From Flavobacteriales bacterium (GTDB lineage: Bacteria > Bacteroidota > Bacteroidia > Flavobacteriales_D > JAUILH01), in the NCBI GenBank assembly GCA_964230025.1, contig CAXRFO010000013.1, positions 38,304 to 102,303 of the forward strand: a DNA stretch of 64,000 bases, written 5' to 3'. The translations under genes and the position numbers were made by a program. The notes under the pieces are model-generated. The model did not search any database, had not been told where the DNA came from, and saw nothing but the letters and a program-made list of their open reading frames with translations. This document shows, piece by piece, positions 49,058-57,350 of this stretch (its first letter is position 1; each line of letters opens with the position of its first letter).

Positions 49058-50506
49058 ATGAAATTATCTTTTTTCACCATATTAACACTATTCGGTTTGA
49101 GCACCTTCGCTCAAACGAAGATTTCCTTTACCATCCCACAATTAGCTGATTCAACAGTTAATTTAGTTCGTTACCAGGGAGTAAAAATGTATTATGCTGA
49201 TACAGCCAAAGCAGACAAAAATGGAAATTTTGTTTTCGACAACTCCTGGGTTCAAAAACCAGGGATGTACATGCTTATGACCAAAGGTCAAAAGACCATG
49301 GAAGTAATCGTAAACAATGAAAACTTTCATCTAACAACCGACTATAACAATATGGTTGGTGCAAGAAAGTTCAAAAACTCAGTGGAAAACACCGCCTTCT
49401 ATGCTTACATTGATTTTCTTTCACCGCGGATGAAGAAAAAGAGCGAATTGGATGCTGCTCTTTCAAAAGCAGAGGATGAAGCTGAAAAAGAAAAAATTAA
49501 AGAGCAACTAACCACTTTAGATAAAGAAGTTAAAGAATATCAGGCATCTATGGTAGAAAAGCACAAAGGAACATTGTTTTCTGAAATAATAAAACTTAAC
49601 ATGGAAGTGCCTTTACCAGATGCTCCAAAAGATGCAGAGGACGAAAAAATTTGGTTAAGAAACTACTACGTTTCTCATTATTGGGATAATGTTAACCTTA
49701 GAAATGATGCAAATGCAAGAATGGCGGGTTACCAGAAAAAACTAGACTATCTTTTTGATAATGTACTGGTTAAGAACCCGGATTCACTAATTGATTATGC
49801 CGACCGTCTTATCGCTAAGCTTGATCCAAAATCAGAAATGTTCAAATTAACAGTGGTTAATCTTACATCTAAGTATCAGAATCATAAAATCATGTGCTTA
49901 GATGCCGTTTTTGTTCACCTTGCTTTAAAGTATTACAAAGGTGGGTTTGCATGGTGGATGAATGCTGAGAGTAATAAAAAATTGATAGAGCGTGCTGAAG
50001 CAATGGCTCCAAACATTTGTGGTGAAAGCATCCACAACATTAAATTGAAAGATACGGCTGACAATTGGCCAGCTTTGTATAACGTAAATGCAGAATACAC
50101 AATTCTTATATTTTGGGCTGCCGACTGTGGACATTGTAAAAAAGAAGTTCCTCAAATTAAAAAAGCCTACGATGAATGGAAGGCAGACGGAATAAATGTT
50201 GAAGTTTATGCAGTTGCTAGCAAAACGGACAAGGATTGGCACAAGTTTATAACTGAGAATAAATTGACATGGATAAATGTTGGCGTGCCAGAAAAAATCT
50301 ACTCAGACCAAGGATATGTTAATGAGGTGGTAAGATCAGGAAAATCCGATTTAAAAAGCCTTAACTATCACGATACTTTTGACATATACAAAACGCCAAC
50401 TATTTATGTTTTGGATAAAGACAAAAAGATTATCGGTAAAAACTTAGAATCAGAAGGCCTAGATAAATATCTTCGTCAACTTAATGATAAAGAGAAGGAA
50501 GGTTAG
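49058..50506 (+). CDS. thioredoxin-fold (TlpA-like) thiol-disulfide oxidoreductase with long N-terminal domain
   Basis: Signal peptide. C-terminal thioredoxin fold with active site WAADCGHCKKE. Confidence 0.75.
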   Translation: MKLSFFTILTLFGLSTFAQTKISFTIPQLADSTVNLVRYQGVKMYYADTAKADKNGNFVFDNSWVQKPGMYMLMTKGQKTMEVIVNNENFHLTTDYNNMVGARKFKNSVENTAFYAYIDFLSPRMKKKSELDAALSKAEDEAEKEKIKEQLTTLDKEVKEYQASMVEKHKGTLFSEIIKLNMEVPLPDAPKDAEDEKIWLRNYYVSHYWDNVNLRNDANARMAGYQKKLDYLFDNVLVKNPDSLIDYADRLIAKLDPKSEMFKLTVVNLTSKYQNHKIMCLDAVFVHLALKYYKGGFAWWMNAESNKKLIERAEAMAPNICGESIHNIKLKDTADNWPALYNVNAEYTILIFWAADCGHCKKEVPQIKKAYDEWKADGINVEVYAVASKTDKDWHKFITENKLTWINVGVPEKIYSDQGYVNEVVRSGKSDLKSLNYHDTFDIYKTPTIYVLDKDKKIIGKNLESEGLDKYLRQLNDKEKEG

Positions 50507-50527
50507 TAGCCTTTTTGAATGAAATTT

Positions 50528-50558
50528 AATGGGAGTTTTTTACTCCCATTTTTTTTTT
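50528..50558 (+). terminator. rho-independent terminator
   Basis: Stem AATGGGAGT / ACTCCCATT, loop TTTTT, followed by T8+. Confidence 0.85.
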
Positions 50559-50580
50559 ACCTTTAACCTAAAACGCCGCC

Positions 50581-51381
50581 ATGTCAAAAACTGTTCTTGT
50601 TCCTCACGATTTTACATCTGTGGCTAGAGCTGCCGCAAAGCACGCTCTTGCAATCGCAAAGCAAACAGATATTTCTGTAACACTGCTTCATATAACCAAG
50701 AGCGCTGGAGAAAACCGTGCTGCTCTAATGAAGTTGGAAAAAGAAATGGAAGCCATTGATGGCGGTGGAACAGAAATAAAGGCAAAGGTATTAACAGGCT
50801 CTATATTCACAGATATAGGTAAAGTAGCAGAACAAGAGAACGCTATTTTTTGTGTCATGGGAACCCATGGAGCAAAAGGAATGCAAAAGGTATTCGGGAG
50901 TTTTGCCATTAAGGTAATTACAAGCAGTTCAGTACCTTTCATTATTGTGCAGGAAAAGGAGCCAGCCAAATTGGTAGAAAATGTAGTTATGCCTGTCGAT
51001 TACCAAGTTGAGAACCTACAGATCATGCGTTTTGCAACGGAATTAGCGAAGGTGTTTAATGCCAAAATGCACTTAATTGCAATAAAGCATTCAGACGCTA
51101 GCTTGTACCGAAAAACACACGCCCACCTCAAAGTGGTTGTAAGTCACTTGGATAAACATGAAGTCAAGTATGAAATTGCTTACCTAGATAACCCCAAAAA
51201 CTATGAGCAAGCTATCGTAGATTATACCCTAGAAAACAACGCCGATATGGTGGCTATATCTTATTATAATGAGCGTATAATACCACAGTTGGACCGCTTT
51301 GCTCAGCACATGATTACCAACAAAGAAGAGATTCCGGTGATCATCGTAAATGCTAAATCAGTTTCTTCAGGGTATTTTTAG
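50581..51381 (+). CDS. tandem-domain universal stress protein
   Basis: 266 aa with two Usp-like halves (VLVPHDFT..., IFCVMGTHGAKG; VVMPVDY..., DMVAISYY). Confidence 0.7.
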   Translation: MSKTVLVPHDFTSVARAAAKHALAIAKQTDISVTLLHITKSAGENRAALMKLEKEMEAIDGGGTEIKAKVLTGSIFTDIGKVAEQENAIFCVMGTHGAKGMQKVFGSFAIKVITSSSVPFIIVQEKEPAKLVENVVMPVDYQVENLQIMRFATELAKVFNAKMHLIAIKHSDASLYRKTHAHLKVVVSHLDKHEVKYEIAYLDNPKNYEQAIVDYTLENNADMVAISYYNERIIPQLDRFAQHMITNKEEIPVIIVNAKSVSSGYF

Positions 51382-51413
51382 AAATTGATGATGTGTTTTC
51401 AAATTTAATTTTC

Positions 51414-51421
51414 TATCTTTG
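51414..51421 (+). promoter_or_regulatory. Bacteroidota-type -7 promoter box TATCTTTG upstream of rpmG
   Basis: Exact TAnnTTTG match 29 nt before the rpmG ATG, followed by CACCCC as at rplS. Confidence 0.5.
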
Positions 51422-51449
51422 CACCCCAATTGCGTAAGAACAACGAGAA

Positions 51450-51632
51450 ATGGCAAAAAAAGGTAACAGAATTCAGGTAATTTTAGAGTGCACAGAGCAC
51501 AAAGAGTCTGGACAACCAGGTACTTCTAGATACATTACTACAAAGAATAGAAAAAACACTCCAGACAGATTGGAGCTTAAAAAGTATAACTCAATCCTTC
51601 GTCGCTACACAGTGCACAGAGAGATTAAATAA
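51450..51632 (+). CDS. rpmG: 50S ribosomal protein L33
   Basis: 60 aa: [18 protein letters not shown]...[31 protein letters not shown]. Confidence 0.95.
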   Translation: MAKKGNRIQVILECTEHKESGQPGTSRYITTKNRKNTPDRLELKKYNSILRRYTVHREIK

Positions 51633-51640
51633 TATTTGTT

Positions 51641-51796
51641 ATGGCTAAGAAAACAGTAGCAAGTTTACAAGATGGTGGTGGTAAAAAACACACCAAAGTA
51701 ATTAAAATGGTAAAGTCTCCTAAAACAGGATCCTACTCATTTAAAGAAGAAATCGTACATAACGATAAGGTTAAAGAATTCTTCGCAAAGAAGTAA
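51641..51796 (+). CDS. DUF4295-type small basic protein (not in the ORF track, 51 aa)
   Basis: My translation: MAKKTVASLQDGGGKKHTKVIKMVKSPKTGSYSFKEEIVHNDKVKEFFAKK. It starts 8 nt after rpmG and precedes a terminator. This rpmG-miniORF-ftsY order is typical of Bacteroidota. Confidence 0.75.
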   Translation: MAKKTVASLQDGGGKKHTKVIKMVKSPKTGSYSFKEEIVHNDKVKEFFAKK

Positions 51797-51817
51797 TTCT
51801 ATGAAAAATAATTTGAG

Positions 51818-51849
51818 AGCTTCTTTCGATTTACGGAAGAAGCTTTTTT
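51818..51849 (+). terminator. rho-independent terminator
   Basis: Stem AGCTTCTT / AAGAAGCT, followed by T6. Confidence 0.8.
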
Positions 51850-51918
51850 AGTTTAAATAAGTTCCTTGGAAATATAGTATCGTAAATCGACTATCTTTCC
51901 GAAACGAAATATTAAAAG

Positions 51919-52872
51919 ATGGGAATATTTAATTTCTTTTCTAAAGAAAAAAAGGAAACGCTAGACAAAGGTTTAGAGAAAACAAAAGATTCCTTTTTTT
52001 CCAAATTAACCCGTTCCGTAGCTGGAAAGTCAAAGGTTGATGATGAGGTATTAGACGATCTTGAAGAAGTACTTGTAACTTCAGATGTAGGCGTTGAAAC
52101 TACCCTCAAAATAATTGAGCGAATTGAAAAAAGAGTTGCCCGCGACAAATATGTGGGAACATCTGAATTGGATAAAATCCTAAGAGAGGAAATTGCAGGT
52201 CTTTTGGAAGAAAACAATTCTGGTGAGGCTACCGAAATCCAAATTGACCGCTCTAAAAAACCATACGTAATTATGGTAGTTGGAGTTAACGGTGTGGGAA
52301 AAACAACTACGATTGGTAAACTAGCTCATCAACTAAAAAGTAAAGGCCTAAAAGTAATGCTAGGAGCCTCTGATACCTTTAGAGCTGCTGCAGTGGACCA
52401 ACTTAAAATATGGTCAGAGCGTGTCGGAGTTCCTATTGTCGAACAAGGCATGAATGCTGATCCAGCTTCTGTAGCTTACGACACCCTCCAAAGTGCAGTA
52501 GCACAGGAAATGGACGTGGTAATTGTAGATACAGCTGGACGTCTTCACAATAAGGTTAACCTTATGAATGAGTTGAGCAAAATCAAAAGGGTAATGCAAA
52601 AAATTGTCCCTGATGCTCCTCATGAAATCCTTTTGGTATTGGATGGATCAACCGGCCAAAATGCCTACGAACAGGCCAAACAATTCTCACTTGCTACCGA
52701 AATCAATGCCTTAGCCATCACCAAACTTGATGGGACTGCCAAAGGTGGCGTTGTAATCGGAATTTCAGATCAATTAAAGGTTCCAGTAAAGTATATTGGG
52801 GTTGGAGAAGGAATGGAAGACCTTCAAGTATTTAATAAATATGAGTTTGTTGACTCATTGTTCAAGAAATAA
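51919..52872 (+). CDS. ftsY: signal recognition particle receptor FtsY
   Basis: 317 aa. NG domain with GVNGVGKTTTIGKLA, DTAGRL and TKLDGTAKGG. Confidence 0.95.
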   Translation: MGIFNFFSKEKKETLDKGLEKTKDSFFSKLTRSVAGKSKVDDEVLDDLEEVLVTSDVGVETTLKIIERIEKRVARDKYVGTSELDKILREEIAGLLEENNSGEATEIQIDRSKKPYVIMVVGVNGVGKTTTIGKLAHQLKSKGLKVMLGASDTFRAAAVDQLKIWSERVGVPIVEQGMNADPASVAYDTLQSAVAQEMDVVIVDTAGRLHNKVNLMNELSKIKRVMQKIVPDAPHEILLVLDGSTGQNAYEQAKQFSLATEINALAITKLDGTAKGGVVIGISDQLKVPVKYIGVGEGMEDLQVFNKYEFVDSLFKK

Positions 52873-52877
52873 GATCT

Positions 52878-54188
52878 GTGAAAGCACGCACCCTCAAAAA
52901 AAATAAAGTAAACATAGTAACCCTAGGTTGCTCAAAAAATGTTTTTGATTCTGAAGTAATGATGGCCCAATTGAAGGCCAATAACTTTGAAGTAGAACAT
53001 GAAGCACAGCAAGATGATTCCGAAATAGTGGTGATCAATACTTGTGGTTTTATTGACAACGCCAAGGAAGAATCGATTAATACGATTGTGCGCTATGCGG
53101 ATGCAAAAAAAGAAGGCTTAGTTGATAAAGTCTACGTCACTGGGTGTTTATCGGAGCGATACAAAGATGAACTTCAGGGTGAAATTCCTGAAGTTGATGC
53201 ATACTTTGGAACTCGTGAACTTCCCAAGCTGCTTAAAACCTTAAAGGCCGATTATAAAAAGGAACTCGTTGGGGAACGCATTTTAAGCACCCCTGCTCAC
53301 TTTGCCTATTTCAAAATTGCGGAGGGTTGCGATCGACCTTGCTCCTTCTGCGCCATTCCTTTAATGAGAGGGAAGCACGTCTCCACTCCCATTGAGCAAT
53401 TGGTGAAAAGCGCCGAGTCGCTGGCAGCGAATGGAACCAAAGAACTTATATTAATTGCTCAAGACCTCACCTATTACGGTCTTGATCTTTATAAAAAGAG
53501 AGCTCTGGCCGATCTTTTAAGAGAGCTTTCAGATGTAAAAGGAATTGAATGGATTCGTTTGCACTACGCCTTCCCTACTGGTTTCCCTATGGATGTATTG
53601 GAAGTAATGAAGGATAAAGACAATATCTGCAATTACTTGGATATGCCCCTTCAACACGCGAGTACGGAAATCTTAAAATCCATGCGCCGTGGAACAACCA
53701 AAGAGAAAACGACTGATTTAATGGCAAAAATCAGAGAAGTTCATCCGGATATAGCAGTAAGAACTACCTTAATAAGTGGTTACCCTGGTGAAACACTTGA
53801 GCATCATGAGGAAATGTTGGAATGGGTGAAGGAAATGAAATTTGATCGTTTAGGTGTATTCCCGTACTCTCATGAGGAGGATACACACGCCTTTAACCTA
53901 GAAGATGATGTGCCTGCTGAGGAAAAACAACGAAGAGCGGAAGAAATAATGGAAGCACAATCCCATATTTCTTACGAAAAGAATCAGGCTAAAGTTGGTA
54001 AAGAATTTAAAGTATTAATTGACCGTATGGAGGGCAACGTATTTATTGGACGCACGGAATTTGATAGCCCTGAGGTTGATAATGAGGTAATTTTTGAAAA
54101 CGCCGATTTTCTTAGAATTGGAGATTTCGTTCAAGCCAAAATTACCAGTGCAGATTTTTATGATTTATATGCTGAAGTAGTTAGTTAA
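52878..54188 (+). CDS. rimO: ribosomal protein S12 methylthiotransferase RimO
   Basis: 436 aa. N-terminal VNIVTLGCSKNVFDSE, radical-SAM CDRPCSFCAIP, C-terminal TRAM domain. GTG start. Confidence 0.9.
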   Translation: MKARTLKKNKVNIVTLGCSKNVFDSEVMMAQLKANNFEVEHEAQQDDSEIVVINTCGFIDNAKEESINTIVRYADAKKEGLVDKVYVTGCLSERYKDELQGEIPEVDAYFGTRELPKLLKTLKADYKKELVGERILSTPAHFAYFKIAEGCDRPCSFCAIPLMRGKHVSTPIEQLVKSAESLAANGTKELILIAQDLTYYGLDLYKKRALADLLRELSDVKGIEWIRLHYAFPTGFPMDVLEVMKDKDNICNYLDMPLQHASTEILKSMRRGTTKEKTTDLMAKIREVHPDIAVRTTLISGYPGETLEHHEEMLEWVKEMKFDRLGVFPYSHEEDTHAFNLEDDVPAEEKQRRAEEIMEAQSHISYEKNQAKVGKEFKVLIDRMEGNVFIGRTEFDSPEVDNEVIFENADFLRIGDFVQAKITSADFYDLYAEVVS

Positions 54189-54189
54189 A

Positions 54190-55209
54190 CTACTCCACTT
54201 CTACCGTAACCTCTGGTGTTAAAGGTAAGCATTGGCAAAGTAATACTCGGCCTTCGGCAATTTCACCATCGGTAAGCACCATGTTTTTGATCATTTTCAC
54301 CTGACCTTCATTAACGACGGCTTCACAACTTGAGCAAATACCTCCTTGACAGGAATATGGAAGATCTATACCTGCATCCAGACCAGCTTGTAAGAAAGAC
54401 TTATCTCCGGAAAATTCAACCTCTTCCTCATCGCCGTCCACTATAAAAGTAATTTTTGCCGAATCCAAAGGCTGCATATTCTCATTATTGGTAACATTGC
54501 TTACCTCTTCTGCTTCAGAAATGAAGAAATACTCTTTCAAAATTTTGTGAGATCCAAAACCAAAAGTTCCTAAAGCCTTTTCAGCGGTATTCATTAAGCC
54601 CTCAGGACCACACAATGAAACCGTATCCACTTGCAAGCGGCTTAAGTCCTCTTTGATCCAATTTTGAATTTTTTCTTGTGTACACTTCCCCTCATTAGAA
54701 GAGAAGTATTCCTTTAGCTTAAATTTTTCTGGGTAACGCTCAGCCAAAGCTAACAATTCATCACGATACATAGCTTCTTCGGGAGTTCTGTTCACTAGGA
54801 ACATTTCTGCCGAAACCCCTCTTTCTAAAAAGGAATTCAACTGTGAAAGAACGGGTGTAATGCCAGAGCCGCCCCCAATGAATATTACTTTTCTGGATGC
54901 ATCTGGTAAGACAAATCGTCCTTCAGGAAAGGAAATTTCTAGCTCATTACCTTCAGCAATATCATTTACCAATAGGTTAGAAATCAATCCTCCCTCTACA
55001 CGCTTAACACCTATTCTTACATTAAAGCCTTCCACTCCAGAGATTGAGTAGGCTCTTAATTCCGTTTTACCATTAATACCATGGCGGATATTCAAATACT
55101 GACCTGGCTTATAGTTTTTGAGGTAAGCAGGGGTTGTTTCAAACCATAGAGAGGCAGCATGTGTTCCCTCGTTTTCCTTTCTTATTACTTTTGCTTTTAG
55201 AAATTCCAT
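54190..55209 (-). CDS. ferredoxin-NAD(P)+ reductase-like flavoprotein fused to a plant-type 2Fe-2S ferredoxin
   Basis: RAYSIS (RxYS FAD motif), GGGSGITP, C-terminal CQGGICSSCEA...LLCQC. Confidence 0.8.
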   Translation of the reverse strand: MEFLKAKVIRKENEGTHAASLWFETTPAYLKNYKPGQYLNIRHGINGKTELRAYSISGVEGFNVRIGVKRVEGGLISNLLVNDIAEGNELEISFPEGRFVLPDASRKVIFIGGGSGITPVLSQLNSFLERGVSAEMFLVNRTPEEAMYRDELLALAERYPEKFKLKEYFSSNEGKCTQEKIQNWIKEDLSRLQVDTVSLCGPEGLMNTAEKALGTFGFGSHKILKEYFFISEAEEVSNVTNNENMQPLDSAKITFIVDGDEEEVEFSGDKSFLQAGLDAGIDLPYSCQGGICSSCEAVVNEGQVKMIKNMVLTDGEIAEGRVLLCQCLPLTPEVTVEVE

Positions 55210-55267
55210 AGCTAATAATGTCTATCTTGATAACAATGAAATTATCAATTATGTTTTCAAATTTAGA

Positions 55268-56359
55268 TTAACGAATATCGAAATTCACGACAACGTTTTC
55301 CGATCTTGGGTGAGCTTGGCAAGTCAAAACAAAACCTTGCTCTAACTCATCTTCCTCAAGGGAGTAATTCACGTCCATTTCAACCTCTCCTTCCGTTACT
55401 TTTGCTCTACACGTACAGCAAACTCCACCTTTACAGGCAAAAGGCAAATCAGCACCAACCTTATGAGCAGCATCTAATATCGTGTCTCCATTGGCGTTCA
55501 AAGGGAAATTATATTCTACAGTATCCAAAATTACAGTGACAGTGCTATCAAAGTCTTCTTCAACCTTTTTTTCTTCTCTTGCTTGTCCTAATTTACCTAC
55601 CGGACTTGTAAAGAGCTCAAAATGAATGTTTGCTTCACTCACGTTTTCTTCCTTTAGGAATTCAGACACTGAATGAATCATCTCTTCTGGTCCACAAACA
55701 TAGAAGTGATCGAAATCCTCAATGCGGAGTAATTTGGAGAAGAACTCAGCACATTTATCTTTGGTAATTCTACCCTTGTTCAAGATGGGCCCTAAAGTTT
55801 CACGTGATAGCACATGATGTACCGTAAAACGGTCAACATGCAGATTCTTTAAAGCTTCAATTTCATCTCTAAAAATAATCGAGTCAAATCCTTTATTCCC
55901 ATATATTAAAGTGACTTGGGCCTCTTCATCTTCGGCCAAAAGTTCCTTCGCGATTGAGAACATAGGAGTAATTCCAGAACCTGCAGCAAACAAAGCGAAA
56001 TTCTGTCCTTTTTGCTTCTCGGTATCTACCAAAAAGCGACCATTTGGCGGCATGATTTCAATTTCATCCCCTATCTTTAATTCGGTATTTGCAAAGGTTG
56101 AAAATGCACCACCATCAATTTTTTTTATGGCAACTCGCCATTCTTTTTCATAGGGTGCAGAACAAAGAGAGTAGGATCTTCTTACATCCACTTCATTAAT
56201 GATTTTGCGTAAAGTCAAATACTGGCCAGGATTATACTTAAAATCCTCTATTAAACTTTCTGGAACGTCAAAGGCAACTGAAACACAATCGCTTGTTTCT
56301 CTTTTTATATCTTTAACCTTAAGGGTATGAAAATCGCTCATAAAATATATCTTGCTCAA
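55268..56359 (-). CDS. PaaE/PaaK-like ferredoxin reductase with C-terminal 2Fe-2S domain
   Basis: RSYSLCS, AAGSGITP, C-terminal CKGGVCCTCRAKV...VLTCQA. Same architecture as the adjacent gene. Confidence 0.8.
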   Translation of the reverse strand: MSKIYFMSDFHTLKVKDIKRETSDCVSVAFDVPESLIEDFKYNPGQYLTLRKIINEVDVRRSYSLCSAPYEKEWRVAIKKIDGGAFSTFANTELKIGDEIEIMPPNGRFLVDTEKQKGQNFALFAAGSGITPMFSIAKELLAEDEEAQVTLIYGNKGFDSIIFRDEIEALKNLHVDRFTVHHVLSRETLGPILNKGRITKDKCAEFFSKLLRIEDFDHFYVCGPEEMIHSVSEFLKEENVSEANIHFELFTSPVGKLGQAREEKKVEEDFDSTVTVILDTVEYNFPLNANGDTILDAAHKVGADLPFACKGGVCCTCRAKVTEGEVEMDVNYSLEEDELEQGFVLTCQAHPRSENVVVNFDIR

Positions 56360-56397
56360 AAATACAAACCTTTTAGGAATACCATCGCTATATTGAT

Positions 56398-56982
56398 TTG
56401 AAAACGCTAATAACTGATATAAATCAATGTACCCTTTGCAAGGACTCGTTGCCCTTAGGTGCCAACCCTGTCATACGCTTTTCCGAAAAAAGTAAAATTG
56501 CCATTATTGGTCAAGCTCCTGGAGTTAGGGTTCATAAAACAAATATTCCTTGGAATGATCCGAGCGGTGAACGACTAAGAGATTGGATGGGTGTTGATTC
56601 AGATACTTTTTATAATACAGATAATTTTGCCCTAGTACCAATGGGTTTTTGCTATCCGGGCACTGGATCAAATGGTGATTTACCTCCAATGAAAATATGT
56701 GCCCCAACATGGCATGAGAAAATATGGGGAATTACGGATGTTAAACTGCTTCTTTTAATAGGTAATTATGCTCAAAGATATTACCTCAAAAAGGATCGAC
56801 ATAAAAATTTAACCCAAACCGTTCGAAACTTTGAGGATTACTTGCCCAGATTTATTGTGCTTCCTCACCCTTCGCCAAGGAACAATATTTGGCTGAAAAA
56901 GAATCCATGGTTTGAGCATGAACTTTTACCCATTCTTAAAATGAAAGTAAAAGCTTCACTGACTAATTTTCATCGTCAATAA
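56398..56982 (+). CDS. uracil-DNA glycosylase superfamily protein
   Basis: IIGQAPG motif and HPSPRN motif. TTG start is provisional. Confidence 0.7.
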   Translation: MKTLITDINQCTLCKDSLPLGANPVIRFSEKSKIAIIGQAPGVRVHKTNIPWNDPSGERLRDWMGVDSDTFYNTDNFALVPMGFCYPGTGSNGDLPPMKICAPTWHEKIWGITDVKLLLLIGNYAQRYYLKKDRHKNLTQTVRNFEDYLPRFIVLPHPSPRNNIWLKKNPWFEHELLPILKMKVKASLTNFHRQ

Positions 56983-57283
56983 ACTCCTCTAGACTCTCTT
57001 TAGCGTCATCCATTAAATTTCCATCGTCATCATAATCGTCATCATCCTCAATGAAGGCCAATGCTTGTACTTTGGTCATCCGAACTAGGTAGTAGGCATC
57101 ATCGGCTTCAAAAGGCAAAGCACTAACAGTGTCTCCATCTTTATTTTTAAAAGTCACCAGGTTTTCATGAAAACCGTGGGGATACTTAAGTTTAATTTGA
57201 GCTAAAACCTCCTCAGTTAATTTTCCGTAGTCTTTGACTAATCTTGGTTTACCTGTATTCATGAATGTTTTTTTTTCAAACAT
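56963..57283 (-). CDS. hypothetical protein with acidic C-terminus
   Basis: 106-aa ORF whose 3' end overlaps the UDG gene by 20 nt. No recognisable motif. Confidence 0.4.
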   Translation of the reverse strand: MFEKKTFMNTGKPRLVKDYGKLTEEVLAQIKLKYPHGFHENLVTFKNKDGDTVSALPFEADDAYYLVRMTKVQALAFIEDDDDYDDDGNLMDDAKESLEEFIDDEN

Positions 57284-57350
57284 AGAATTTATTTGATTTC
57301 ACCGAAACGATTTCTAATATTTTTTAGTCTAAATTCTGTAATTTTATATC

